From IMG/VR virus record IMGVR_UViG_3300025108_004499: DNA of 64,000 nt. One strand, written 5' to 3'. The notes beneath the pieces are model-generated. The model was not told where the DNA came from, ran no database searches, and saw nothing but the letters and a program-made list of their open reading frames with translations. The stretch is from a virus. The position numbers and the translations under genes were made by a program. Position 1 is the stretch's first letter; the number at the start of each line of letters is the position of its first letter. Positions 1 to 10,395 of this stretch are shown here, piece after piece.

Positions 1-1205
1 CACAACCAGTAGGATTAACAACAGGTGATTTTTGGTGGGATACTAGCAACAATCAATTATATGCACAAAATGCAGATGGTGGATTTGTCCTAATTGGTCC
101 ACAATCAATTGGTGAAACAGTTAGTGCTATGGTTACTGCACAAGTACGTGATAACAATCAAGTTAACAGAACAATTATTAAAGGTACTGTTGATGATGGT
201 GTTGTGTTTATTGTAAGTAATTCAGAATTTACAATAGATACTACAGATCCAGCGAATGCCATTACTGGATTTGATGTAGTACGTCAAGGACTTACCCTAA
301 GAAATACAACTAGTTCAGCAAATGGTATTACTAGTTCAGCACATAGATTCCATGGTACAGCAACTAATGCTGAATCATTAGGCGGCGTACTTGCAACAAA
401 CTTTGTACAAAACACTCCAGGACAAGAAAGTTCATTTGGTGAAGTTGTTAGATTTTCTGATGCAGGATATACAGTAGGTGCGGCAAACGATTTAAAAATA
501 TTTGTAGATTCAGCAGGTGCAGGTAATGAGGGTGTTATTGAAAACACAGTTGGACAAAAAATTAGATTTAAAGTTAAGTCAAGTGGCGGCGTAACTACAG
601 AACCATTCCAAATTCAATCAGTTGGACTTATTCCAACAACAACAGCAACATATGATGTTGGTGATGCAAACTATAAATGGAGAAACATGTATGCAACTTC
701 ATTTAACGGATTGGCAACACAGGCGATTGCACTACAAGTTGGATCAAATTATAGAACAGGTGATGTAAATGCAACAAATAACACAGTTGCAGTGCGTGAC
801 TCAAGTGGTAATATATCAGCAAATGTATTTAATGGTGTATCAACAAGTGCTAGATATGCTGACTTAGCAGAGAAATATACAACAGATCAAGAATATCCAG
901 TAGGTACAGCAATGTGTGTAGGCGGCGAAGCAGAAACTACAGCGGCCAAATCTAGTTGCATGTGTATTGGTGTAATTTCTGAAAATCCAGCACACTTAAT
1001 GAATGCAGAATCAGAAGGCCAAGCAATTGGACTTAAAGGTCGTGTTCCTGTAAGAGTAAAAGGTGTTGTATCAAAAGGACAACCAGTGTATGCTTGGGAA
1101 GATGGTGTATGTTCAACTATAGAAACAACAGGTTTAGTCGGTATTGCATTAGAAGCTAGTGACGATGAGTCAGAAAAGCTAATCGAGTGTGTACTTAAAG
1201 TATAA
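1..1205 (+). CDS. Tail fibre protein (5'-partial) with C-terminal chaperone-like domain
   Basis: The frame of the 129..1205 ORF is open back to the window start (QPVGLTTGDFWWDTSNNQLY...). G/T/N-rich fibre sequence; C-terminal ARYADLAEKY...GLKGRVPVRV module typical of phage fibre C-termini. Confidence 0.75.
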   Translation, partial: QPVGLTTGDFWWDTSNNQLYAQNADGGFVLIGPQSIGETVSAMVTAQVRDNNQVNRTIIKGTVDDGVVFIVSNSEFTIDTTDPANAITGFDVVRQGLTLRNTTSSANGITSSAHRFHGTATNAESLGGVLATNFVQNTPGQESSFGEVVRFSDAGYTVGAANDLKIFVDSAGAGNEGVIENTVGQKIRFKVKSSGGVTTEPFQIQSVGLIPTTTATYDVGDANYKWRNMYATSFNGLATQAIALQVGSNYRTGDVNATNNTVAVRDSSGNISANVFNGVSTSARYADLAEKYTTDQEYPVGTAMCVGGEAETTAAKSSCMCIGVISENPAHLMNAESEGQAIGLKGRVPVRVKGVVSKGQPVYAWEDGVCSTIETTGLVGIALEASDDESEKLIECVLKV

Positions 1206-1224
1206 GTATTAAAAAGGAACTATT

Positions 1225-2139
1225 ATGGCAGTAGGCGATACAATTACCGCGGCGCGGTACAACATTATTCAAGCAAGAGTAGCGGCAGTTATTGGATTAG
1301 GTTCTGGTGATGAAGGTTACGGACAAGCTCGTGCAAGTAGTACAGCGGCAGTAGGTGCTACAATTACAGCACAAGATATGGCAAATTTGTTTACTGATAT
1401 GAACAAGATCAGATTACATCAAACAGGATCAGTTCCTACAGAAATTATAGCACCAAGTGTAGGTGATACAGTTGAAGATTCAAATAATACTTCAAAAGAA
1501 GGTTATGTACAGTACGAAACATTAAGTACAACATGCCAAGCATCAAGATTAACTGCAAATGCAAGCCAACTAGGATTGCAAGCAGGTACAAGTAGCCAAA
1601 GAACATCAAGCTGGTCAACAGATATTAATCATATTTTTACTGTTACTTTTGGTGGATATGCAGTTACTAATGGAGACGGAAGTACTACAACAGTTAGTGG
1701 CGCAGAACATATGCGTGTATTTTTTAATGCAGGCGGCACAATAAATTTAAGTGGTACAATTGGTTCAGGTAGTTCAACTATTAATAACGACTGGCGTAAC
1801 TTAATGACATCAGTAGGTACAGTTATAGTTGGAAGATCAACTACTTCAAATGGTTCAACAGGTACTAACTACGGTTATTCAAACTTACCTACTAGCTATA
1901 CAACAATTTTTAACAAGACAGCAAGTGCTTATAGTGCTAACGATTATTTAATTGAAGCAAAGAAAAGCGGTGCAGTTTTAACATTCCGTGTTACATTTAA
2001 CGAAGATAAAGGTCCTAATCCAAACTATGACGAAGCAGTTACAGCAACTACAACTAGTACTGTACAGTTAAATAGACCTAACAATGCAAGCAGTGTAAAC
2101 ATTGCGGCACCAACTTTCGCCAACACAGACAACCTATAA
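1225..2139 (+). CDS. Virion structural protein (tail/baseplate-associated), Ser/Thr/Gly-rich
   Basis: 304 aa, very S/T/G/N-rich. Follows the fibre gene with TATAAGTA at 1201-1208 and an AAGGA SD. Confidence 0.55.
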   Translation: MAVGDTITAARYNIIQARVAAVIGLGSGDEGYGQARASSTAAVGATITAQDMANLFTDMNKIRLHQTGSVPTEIIAPSVGDTVEDSNNTSKEGYVQYETLSTTCQASRLTANASQLGLQAGTSSQRTSSWSTDINHIFTVTFGGYAVTNGDGSTTTVSGAEHMRVFFNAGGTINLSGTIGSGSSTINNDWRNLMTSVGTVIVGRSTTSNGSTGTNYGYSNLPTSYTTIFNKTASAYSANDYLIEAKKSGAVLTFRVTFNEDKGPNPNYDEAVTATTTSTVQLNRPNNASSVNIAAPTFANTDNL

Positions 2140-2175
2140 GAGTAAATAGTTATACTATAAACTAGGAGTATAACT

Positions 2176-2523
2176 ATGGACGAAGCACTAGAGAAGGCAT
2201 TAGATTTTTCTAATTTTACTTCTACACTCAACGCCCAAAAACGTATATTGCATGAAAAGTATTTAGATGAACTAGTAATGTACTCTAATAATGGCATGTT
2301 TACAATTTCAAAAGAACTTTTGAATTTTTGTTTTATGCTAACTTCTACAAACATAAACAAAACTGTATTAATAGATAGTAATAGAACTCCTATTGAAATT
2401 AATGATGTTGAAGAATTTATGTTAAAAGCAACTCAACATTACACAGATGTAACTAGTAAGTACTTACAAGAATATAAGATTCTTAGCACCAAACGTAATG
2501 TAGAAGGTTTAGTGGATGACTAA
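2176..2523 (+). CDS. Hypothetical protein
   Basis: 115-aa ORF with AGGAG SD; TAAATA at 2143-2148. Confidence 0.6.
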   Translation: MDEALEKALDFSNFTSTLNAQKRILHEKYLDELVMYSNNGMFTISKELLNFCFMLTSTNINKTVLIDSNRTPIEINDVEEFMLKATQHYTDVTSKYLQEYKILSTKRNVEGLVDD

Positions 2524-3340
2524 TGGTGTACTATGCTTTGCACACAATAACGGAAAAGTAAATTATATAAAGCAAGCAGAGTTTCTTGCAAAACGTGTAA
2601 AGCAACATTTGAATTTACCAACTACGTTAGTCACGTCTACTCCACACGGGCTAGACGACAACACAGTATTTGATCAAGTAATTGAAATAGCAGATGATAA
2701 TAACAACGTAAAACGTTATTATAACGGCTCTTTACATCATGAAAGATTACCATTCAAAAATAATGACAGAGTAAGAAGTTATGAATTATCTCCTTATGAT
2801 ACTACACTTGTTCTTGATACAGATTACATAATTTGTAATGATGTATTCAACAATGCATTTAATAGTACACACGATTTTCAAATATATAGGAACGGTATCG
2901 ATTTATGTGATTGGCGTAAACATAAAGAATTTGATTACATTAATGATACAGGTATTCCTTTTTATTGGGCAACTTGTTTTTGCTTTACAAAAACACAAGA
3001 AACAAAAATATTTTTTGACCTATTACAACACTTAGTAAGTAACTGGAAACATTATGATCACGTGTATAATTTAGGAAGTAGAAACTTTAGAAATGATCAT
3101 GTGTTTAGTATTGCTATACATATGATGAATGGATTTACAGATGGTAATTGGGCAAAAACTCTACCAGGCAAAATGTTTTATACATTAGATAGAGATATTG
3201 TAAAAACTATTAAAGATAATTCACTTACATTTTTACTACAAAAAGAAAACTATGTAGGAGAATACATTTTAGCATCAACAAAAGACTGTAATGTACATGT
3301 CATGAATAAGTTTAGTTTGGGAGAACTTATAAATGGATAA
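2516..3340 (+). CDS. Glycosyltransferase-like protein (GT-A fold, GT8-like)
   Basis: SPYDTTLVLDTDY DxD motif; paralogous to the next gene. Confidence 0.6.
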   Translation: MTNGVLCFAHNNGKVNYIKQAEFLAKRVKQHLNLPTTLVTSTPHGLDDNTVFDQVIEIADDNNNVKRYYNGSLHHERLPFKNNDRVRSYELSPYDTTLVLDTDYIICNDVFNNAFNSTHDFQIYRNGIDLCDWRKHKEFDYINDTGIPFYWATCFCFTKTQETKIFFDLLQHLVSNWKHYDHVYNLGSRNFRNDHVFSIAIHMMNGFTDGNWAKTLPGKMFYTLDRDIVKTIKDNSLTFLLQKENYVGEYILASTKDCNVHVMNKFSLGELING

Positions 3341-4127
3341 GGGATATATTATGGTAGCTATGGGCGACGACTATGTACGCCAAGCATATTTGTGTGCTGT
3401 GAGCATTAAGAAAACACAGGCAATTAACAACGTATCAATAGTAACAAGTGACGCAGTTCCAGAAGAATATAAAAGTGTTTTCGATAAAATTATTGAAGTA
3501 CCTTGGCACGACGACCCACAAAGTTTTTATATAACAGAACATCGTTGGAAAGTGTTTCATTTAACTCCGTATGATGAAACAGTTGTACTAGATACTGATA
3601 TGATATTTCTATCAGATATTTCGCACTGGTGGAAATACTTTGCACAAAAAAGTATAGGCTTTATTAGTAACGTAACAGACTATAGAGGAAATACAATTAC
3701 AAATGACTACTATAGGAAAGCATTTACAGCAAATAACTTACCTAACATATATTGTGCTTTTCATTATTTTAAGAAAGACAACACAGCATTAGATTATTAT
3801 AAAGTATTGAATAGAGTATGTGATAATTATCAAAAGTATTATGAAGTATATGCCCCTAAGCAAACACCTACCTTAAGTAGTATGGATGTGAATCATGCTA
3901 TTGCATTACTTGACAGTAATATAGATGATTATACTATTAATTCTGCATCGTTTGTACATATGAAAAGTAAAGTACAAGGATGGGATAACCCAACCGATAC
4001 TTGGACTGATACTGTGCCATATTATATTAGTGACGAATTAAAAATTGGAAATTATACACAACACGGACTTTTTCATTATACTGAAAATAGTTTTTGTGAG
4101 GAGATGTTATGCAACATGTTAAAATAG
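3333..4127 (+). CDS. Glycosyltransferase-like protein (GT-A fold, GT8-like)
   Basis: TPYDETVVLDTDMIF DxD motif; N-terminal YVRQAYLCAVSIK and a late HMK, as in GT8-like proteins. Confidence 0.65.
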   Translation: MDKGYIMVAMGDDYVRQAYLCAVSIKKTQAINNVSIVTSDAVPEEYKSVFDKIIEVPWHDDPQSFYITEHRWKVFHLTPYDETVVLDTDMIFLSDISHWWKYFAQKSIGFISNVTDYRGNTITNDYYRKAFTANNLPNIYCAFHYFKKDNTALDYYKVLNRVCDNYQKYYEVYAPKQTPTLSSMDVNHAIALLDSNIDDYTINSASFVHMKSKVQGWDNPTDTWTDTVPYYISDELKIGNYTQHGLFHYTENSFCEEMLCNMLK

Positions 4128-4648
4128 ATACTCCGCAGTATGTTTGTTTTAATCAAAAGACTGGAGAAATTTTTAGTGTAGGACCTAGTATTGAGCCAGG
4201 CTATCAGTATGTTGAAGTTACTGAAGAAGAGATTGAGCCTATTAAAACTTTTAAAAAAAATATGACCGATTATGTTGTAGCTTACAATCGAGTTGAAAAG
4301 GCATTTGTACTTAAAGAGAATATCTATATCGAACACGAAGCACAGTTTACACAGATCATGCCTGTAGATGAATCTGCAATGTATGATTTGCTTTTAACGG
4401 TTGACAATAAGGCTAAAAGATGTTATATTAGTACAGGTATAGAACTATTAGATACAATGAAAACAACTAACGTAGATTTCCAAAAAGAAATTACTTTTAG
4501 TTTTACAAAGAAAGGCGATCCGCATGTATTATACGATATGATTACGTTTAATATTGCAGATCCAAAAGAACATACAATTAATATTAAAGATACGTATAGT
4601 ATCTATGCAAGTAGTGATATGGCAACTTGTATGTATAAGGAATTATAA
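4109..4648 (+). CDS. Hypothetical protein
   Basis: 179-aa ORF overlapping both neighbours; GGAG SD. Confidence 0.6.
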   Translation: MQHVKIDTPQYVCFNQKTGEIFSVGPSIEPGYQYVEVTEEEIEPIKTFKKNMTDYVVAYNRVEKAFVLKENIYIEHEAQFTQIMPVDESAMYDLLLTVDNKAKRCYISTGIELLDTMKTTNVDFQKEITFSFTKKGDPHVLYDMITFNIADPKEHTINIKDTYSIYASSDMATCMYKEL

Positions 4649-5568
4649 TGAAAGTAAAAATTGCAGAAATAGATATAATTTATTTAAGTTATGACGAACC
4701 AAACGCTGATAAAAATTATGCAGACTTGTTAACTAAAGTTCCGTGGGCAAAGCGTGTACATGGTGTAGAAGGTTCTGATGCGGCACATAAAGCCTGTGCT
4801 GAACTTTCTGAAACAGATAGATTCATTACAGTAGACGGTGATAATACTATACGGCAAGATTTTATTAATCAAGTATTAGACTTTGATGAACATACAGACT
4901 TAGAACATAGTGTAATTAGTTGGTGTGGTAGAAATTCTGTTAACGGATTGCTATATGGCAATGGAGGATTAAAATGCTGGCCAAAACAATATGTGTTAGA
5001 TATGAAAACACACGAAAACGCTGATCCTAATAATAAACAAGCACAAGTAGACTTTTGTTGGGACTTACAGTATATCCAACAAAATAGTTGCTATTCAGAT
5101 GTACATAATAACGAAACAGCACATCAGGCCTGGCGAGCAGGATTCCGTGAAGGTGTAAAAATGGCACTTGATCAAGGAGTCAAACCAACTAAGGAAGAAT
5201 TTTTAAACGGACATTGGAAGAATTTACACAGACTATGGATTTGGTTAATGGTTGGTGCTGATGCTAAAAACGGTAACTGGGCAATATTAGGTGCTAGAGA
5301 AGGCCTTAGTATGACAATGCTTAGTGATTGGGATTACGTACAAGTACGTGATTTTGAATATCTTAATCAGCTTTGGGGCGGAAGAGACGAAATGCCTGCA
5401 GATGTTTTACACGATGAAATTTTTAATTATGGAAGCGAGTTAATTAATCAACTAGATTGCCCTATTGCTATCCAACCTTTTACTGAAGAACAAAGCATGT
5501 TCTTTAAAACTGTTTATCAAAATCCTAGTAGAAGTAGTAATCAGCAGTTTATAGACAAGGAAAAATAA
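4648..5568 (+). CDS. Glycosyltransferase-like protein (GT-A, DGD motif)
   Basis: RFITVDGDN DxD motif; clear paralogue of 6905..7594. Confidence 0.55.
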   Translation: MKVKIAEIDIIYLSYDEPNADKNYADLLTKVPWAKRVHGVEGSDAAHKACAELSETDRFITVDGDNTIRQDFINQVLDFDEHTDLEHSVISWCGRNSVNGLLYGNGGLKCWPKQYVLDMKTHENADPNNKQAQVDFCWDLQYIQQNSCYSDVHNNETAHQAWRAGFREGVKMALDQGVKPTKEEFLNGHWKNLHRLWIWLMVGADAKNGNWAILGAREGLSMTMLSDWDYVQVRDFEYLNQLWGGRDEMPADVLHDEIFNYGSELINQLDCPIAIQPFTEEQSMFFKTVYQNPSRSSNQQFIDKEK

Positions 5569-6917
5569 TGCAACAACCGCAACTAATTGAGGTCAAAGAA
5601 AAATTAGATAAAGTAGGTTGTGGATTCTGTCTGGCTAAATGGACACAAGTAACTATTCATTTAGGATCAGGATTAACGCACAGTTGTCATCATGTTAAAG
5701 CACATCCAATTGATTTAAACGAACTTGCAAAAAATCCTGGTACATTACATAACACTGGATTTAAAAAGAACGTAAGAAAACAGATGCTTAACAACGAGCG
5801 ACCAAACGAGTGTGATTACTGTTGGCGTATTGAGGATAATACAGACGAATATAGTGATAGAGTTTTTAAAAGTAGCGATCCATTTAGTTGGCCAGATTTT
5901 GATACTATATCTAAGATGACTGGTGATGAAAACTTTTATCCTCGTTATGTTGAAGTAAGTTTTAGTAATGTTTGTAATTTTAAATGTGGATATTGTAGTC
6001 CTTCTTTTAGTAGTAAATGGGCTGACGAAATTAAAGAGCATGGCCCTTACACGTTCAAAGATACTAATTGGAGATATAATCAACCAGACGAACATCAAAA
6101 ACAAATACCACAACGAGAAGCTAATCCGTATGTTGAAGCATTTTGGAAATGGTTCCCAGAAGCAGTAACACATATGCACACGTTTCGTATTACAGGTGGT
6201 GAACCTTTGATGAGCAAACATACTAATAGAGTAATAGAGTACTTGATGAATAATCCTCAACCTCAATTAGAATTTTCTATAAACACAAATGGATGCCCTC
6301 CATTAGCAAACCAATGGAAAGAATTTGTAGATAAAATTAAAATTTTAGAAGATAATAATTGTATACAAAGATTTGTTTTGTTCGTAAGTGCAGAAAGTAA
6401 AGGAGATCAAGCAGAATATAATAGATATGGTATGGACTGGACAATGTTTACAGACAATGTTAAGTATTATCTAAAACAAGCAACAGGTAGTTTAGTGTTT
6501 ATGAGTGCATTTAATGTGTTAAGTATTCCTACATTTTTACCTTTTCTTAAGTATGTCGCTAGACTTAAAGGCGGATACAAAAATGATATTATAGTAGATA
6601 TACCTTATGTAAGAAGTCCAGGATTCTTAGATGCTAAAATTGCTACTAGTAATTTAATTCAAGATTACTTACATCCGTGTATTCCTTATATGGAAGAAAA
6701 CAATTTTAATGATAGAGAAAAGTCTCAAATGAAGCGTATTGTAAAAGACTTAGATGTAAGACAAGACAATACTAAGTTCAAACAAGAGACAATTGAAGGT
6801 CGAAGAATGTTTTATGAATGGATACAACAATACGATAAACGACGAGATGTTAATTTTTTAGAAGTATTCCCTCAAATGAAAGATTTTTACGAGGAGTGTA
6901 AAAAGTGCATGATATAA
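5568..6917 (+). CDS. Radical SAM protein with N-terminal twitch/SPASM-like Cys cluster
   Basis: CNFKCGYC (CxxxCxxC) and ITGGEPL; N-terminal FC..KW...SCHH...CDYC. Confidence 0.85.
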   Translation: MQQPQLIEVKEKLDKVGCGFCLAKWTQVTIHLGSGLTHSCHHVKAHPIDLNELAKNPGTLHNTGFKKNVRKQMLNNERPNECDYCWRIEDNTDEYSDRVFKSSDPFSWPDFDTISKMTGDENFYPRYVEVSFSNVCNFKCGYCSPSFSSKWADEIKEHGPYTFKDTNWRYNQPDEHQKQIPQREANPYVEAFWKWFPEAVTHMHTFRITGGEPLMSKHTNRVIEYLMNNPQPQLEFSINTNGCPPLANQWKEFVDKIKILEDNNCIQRFVLFVSAESKGDQAEYNRYGMDWTMFTDNVKYYLKQATGSLVFMSAFNVLSIPTFLPFLKYVARLKGGYKNDIIVDIPYVRSPGFLDAKIATSNLIQDYLHPCIPYMEENNFNDREKSQMKRIVKDLDVRQDNTKFKQETIEGRRMFYEWIQQYDKRRDVNFLEVFPQMKDFYEECKKCMI

Positions 6918-7594
6918 TCTTTATAAGTTACTTTGAGCCAAATGCGGAACAAAATTTTGACGATTTGTACAATAGATTTAATACTGTTGGAGTATTTGGT
7001 GACAGAGTAAAGCGTGTTACTAATGTCAAAGGTATACACAATGCTCACGTTGAAGCGGCTAAACTTGTAAGAACTAGTTACTTCTATGTAGTTGACGGTG
7101 ACGCAAAGGTCGTACAAGACTTCAAATTTGCTTATATAGCAAAGGAAAAGGATATTGTACATGTTTACCGTAGTGCTAATCCTATCAATAATTTAACGTA
7201 TGGGTATGGCGGTGTAAAACTGTTACCTACAACACTAACACTTAACATGGACACAACTACTAATGACATGACTACGAGTATTAGTGATAAGTTTAAGGTG
7301 ATGAACGAAGTAAGTAACACCACAGCATTTAACACTGATCCTTTTAGTACTTGGAAAAGTGCTTTTAGAGAATGTACAAAATTAAGCAGTAAAACGATCA
7401 AAGGACAAAAAAATGACGAAACAGAAGAAAGACTACACATATGGACAACAGTTGGAGGGGATGTTCCCTTCGGCGATTACGCTATTGCAGGTGCTATTGC
7501 TGGCAGGGAGTTTGGGCTTTCTAACAAGTCTGATATTAAGTTAATTAATAATTTTGATTGGTTAAAGGAAAAATTTAATGAGCAATACAGTTAA
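6905..7594 (+). CDS. Glycosyltransferase-like protein (GT-A, DGD motif)
   Basis: FYVVDGDA; shares SYxEPNA, YGxGGxK and FRExxK blocks with 4648..5568. Confidence 0.55.
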   Translation: MHDIIFISYFEPNAEQNFDDLYNRFNTVGVFGDRVKRVTNVKGIHNAHVEAAKLVRTSYFYVVDGDAKVVQDFKFAYIAKEKDIVHVYRSANPINNLTYGYGGVKLLPTTLTLNMDTTTNDMTTSISDKFKVMNEVSNTTAFNTDPFSTWKSAFRECTKLSSKTIKGQKNDETEERLHIWTTVGGDVPFGDYAIAGAIAGREFGLSNKSDIKLINNFDWLKEKFNEQYS

Positions 7595-8261
7595 TCTACT
7601 TAACGGATTAGAATATCTTTATCCTGAAAATAAAGTAGTTTCACAAATGAAGCGTACTCTTACTATGTTTCCTGAAAGTGAAACTGCTATGGTAGATGCT
7701 TTTAGTTTAGGACAATTAGAAAGTAAACTGTGGCTTATTGAAAATTTACCCGACAAGTTAGGAACTGTATTTGTTTGTGCAGGCTGGTATGGTACACTTG
7801 CAAGTTTTATGTTTGAACGTGCAAGAGACAAATTTGACAAAATACGTAGTTTTGATATTGATAGTAGTTGTGCATCTGTTGCCGATAATATGAATAGACC
7901 CTGGGTAATGGACGGGTGGCAATTTAAAGCAAGTACATTAGATATTCTTAATATGGAATATCCAACTACACATACAACTTATAGAGCAGATGGCAGTAGT
8001 TTACAACTTACAGAAATGCCTGATACTATTATTAATACTAGTTGTGAACATATTAAAAATTTTGCAGATTGGTATGCAAAAATACCTAGTGGTAAGATGG
8101 TAATTTTACAGAGTAATAATTACTATGAAATTAAAGAACATGTCAACTGTGTTAAAGACATTTACGAGTTTAAAGATATGGCACCGATGAATGAACTACA
8201 TTATACAGGTCAGAAAGAGATGTCTAAATACACAAGATTTATGTTAATTGGAAGAAAATAA
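7578..8261 (+). CDS. Class I SAM-dependent methyltransferase-like protein
   Basis: VCAGWYG Gly motif, acidic RSFDID strand, INTSCEH motif. Confidence 0.6.
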   Translation: MSNTVNLLNGLEYLYPENKVVSQMKRTLTMFPESETAMVDAFSLGQLESKLWLIENLPDKLGTVFVCAGWYGTLASFMFERARDKFDKIRSFDIDSSCASVADNMNRPWVMDGWQFKASTLDILNMEYPTTHTTYRADGSSLQLTEMPDTIINTSCEHIKNFADWYAKIPSGKMVILQSNNYYEIKEHVNCVKDIYEFKDMAPMNELHYTGQKEMSKYTRFMLIGRK

Positions 8262-8569
8262 TGAGCGATAACATATATCCTAAATGCGAAAATGCAAGAA
8301 AATTATATATTACATCTAATAGCCAAGTGCGTCCTTGCTGTTGGTTAAGTGAATGGGAAGAAGTTTCAATGGATGAAAATTGGAATTTGAAAACCAATAC
8401 TATAGAACATATTTTAGAAAATGAACTTTCTGCTTATGTTCAAGGGTTAAAAGAAAATCCTGAAAAATTTGCTTGCAAAATGTGTTATAGAAAGTGCAAT
8501 CAACCTTTTACAGAAACAGCAAACCCTACACAGCAATATGTGATATTTGGAGATGAAGATGAAACGTGA
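8261..8569 (+). CDS. Stand-alone SPASM/twitch-like Fe-S binding protein
   Basis: C...YITSNSQVRPCCW...CKMCYRKC; homologous to the N-terminus of 13843..14868. Confidence 0.6.
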   Translation: MSDNIYPKCENARKLYITSNSQVRPCCWLSEWEEVSMDENWNLKTNTIEHILENELSAYVQGLKENPEKFACKMCYRKCNQPFTETANPTQQYVIFGDEDET

Positions 8570-9236
8570 ACTACAAGACATGACACTCCATTTAGAGATG
8601 AGTAAACGCTGTTTATTGCAATGCCCTAAATGTCCTCGTACAAAATATACAGGACATTATAAAATTGATGATCTGCCAATTGAACATATGAAGACAATAG
8701 TCAATGCTACAAATCCTAGGAGAGTTACTTTTTGTGGTAACTATGGAGATCCGCTATATCATCCTAAAATTTTAGACGCAGTTAGATTTCTACATGATTC
8801 GGACATCCCATTTGAATTTCACACTAATGGCTCTGGCAAAAAAGTATCCTGGTGGGAAGAGTTTTATAACTGTTATGAAAATAAACCATACGGAAGAAAA
8901 GAAATTAAAAGTACAGTGTGGTTTGGATTAGATGGATTAGAAGATACTGCACATTTATATCGTGTAAACACAAATTGGAAAGAAGTTTTCGATGCAATGT
9001 GTTTAGGTGTTAAGATGAATCAAGAAATAATATGGCAATGGATTCCGTTTAGTTTCAATGAACATCAGATTGAAGAAGCAAAGAAATTAGCAGAAGACAA
9101 TGGTATACATCTACTATTACGTTTAAGTGATAGGTGGGACAGCAGACAAGGAAAGTTTGATCCATTAGAACCTACAGAAAAGTTCAAGCCTACAACTCGT
9201 CATACCGGTAATGGATATATTCATGAAAAAAAGTAA
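8559..9236 (+). CDS. Radical SAM protein (core only)
   Basis: CLLQCPKC and CGNYGDP. Start placed at ATG 8559, 6 nt after GGAG. Confidence 0.85.
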   Translation: MKRELQDMTLHLEMSKRCLLQCPKCPRTKYTGHYKIDDLPIEHMKTIVNATNPRRVTFCGNYGDPLYHPKILDAVRFLHDSDIPFEFHTNGSGKKVSWWEEFYNCYENKPYGRKEIKSTVWFGLDGLEDTAHLYRVNTNWKEVFDAMCLGVKMNQEIIWQWIPFSFNEHQIEEAKKLAEDNGIHLLLRLSDRWDSRQGKFDPLEPTEKFKPTTRHTGNGYIHEKK

Positions 9237-10395
9237 AAGAAAAAATAAAATACATTGTGCATATGTAGAAAAAGGAATACGAGTTAATTTTTTAAATAAA
9301 TCTGGACACCCGTATGTACGTGCTACACCTTGTTGTCATTTAGATAAAGATTTTATCGAAGACCGATTTAAATCATTCACTCCTTTAGAAGAAAAACAAT
9401 CAATTGAAAAGCATATAACTTTAAGACATTTTAAGTCACATTTCAAAAAAGGAACATTTCATCCTGCTTGTGGAAGTTGTATAAATGCTGAAAAATCTAA
9501 CAACGATAGTGTAAGATTAAAACTTAATAAATTAGAAAAAGAAAATCCAGATTTTGATTATTTAAAATTAGATGTAGTGATGTCTAATAAATGTAACTTA
9601 GCATGTCCTTTTTGCAGTCAAGGCTCTAGCAGTTTAATTGAGACACTTGCAAAAAAATATACATGGCACTTGCCTATGCATTGGAAAAAAGGAACACTGG
9701 AACAACCTGATACTAAACTAGTAGGAAAAACATGTGCTAATTTACTAAAAAAATATAAAATCCATACTTTTAAAATTATTGGAGGCGAACCATTTTTAAT
9801 TGAAAACTGGGAACCTATAGGAAAAGTATTAGATGAAAACTATTGTAGCGATTTAAATTTAGAAATTACTACTAATGGTACAATAATGAATGATGAAATT
9901 ATCAAAAGACTTTCTAAAGCAAAACATACTAAATTAAGAATTAGTATGGATTCAATAGGAGAGAATTATAATTTCATCCGCTGGCCTCATAATTGGGAAA
10001 AGATGAAACGTAATTTAACTTTTCTAAGGGATAATAAACCAGATAACTGTGACTATCAGATTTCTATTCTTGTTAATATATTGAATTTTGAATATCTACC
10101 TCAGATAGAAGAATTTTTAGTTAATGAAAATTTAAATTATGGATTTGACTTTACATTAAAACCTGTAGACAGTCCGTTACAATGGTATAATCTTCCTTTG
10201 CCAATTATTTTTCTAATACTTGAAAAAGTTAAAGACGAAACTATTAAAAACAGTATCAAACAACTTATGCATACAGAATCAAATGTTGATTTTGATCTTA
10301 TTGTAAAAGACGTAAAGTTTTATCTTGATCAAAGGAATATGAAACCTGAACATGTGCTTGGACTTAAAACTAGAGGATTTTTAGATTTAAAATGA
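9223..10395 (+). CDS. Radical SAM protein with N-terminal twitch-like domain
   Basis: CNLACPFC, IIGGEPF and TTNGT; N-terminal PCC...CGSC. Confidence 0.85.
   Translation: MKKSKRKNKIHCAYVEKGIRVNFLNKSGHPYVRATPCCHLDKDFIEDRFKSFTPLEEKQSIEKHITLRHFKSHFKKGTFHPACGSCINAEKSNNDSVRLKLNKLEKENPDFDYLKLDVVMSNKCNLACPFCSQGSSSLIETLAKKYTWHLPMHWKKGTLEQPDTKLVGKTCANLLKKYKIHTFKIIGGEPFLIENWEPIGKVLDENYCSDLNLEITTNGTIMNDEIIKRLSKAKHTKLRISMDSIGENYNFIRWPHNWEKMKRNLTFLRDNKPDNCDYQISILVNILNFEYLPQIEEFLVNENLNYGFDFTLKPVDSPLQWYNLPLPIIFLILEKVKDETIKNSIKQLMHTESNVDFDLIVKDVKFYLDQRNMKPEHVLGLKTRGFLDLK

Noticed and set aside
8261-9236. Frameshifted pseudogene of a fused SPASM-rSAM gene
   Set aside because: The second ORF has its own GGAG SD and ATG (8559) overlapping the first ORF's end, typical of translational coupling. 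Both parts keep their Cys motifs.
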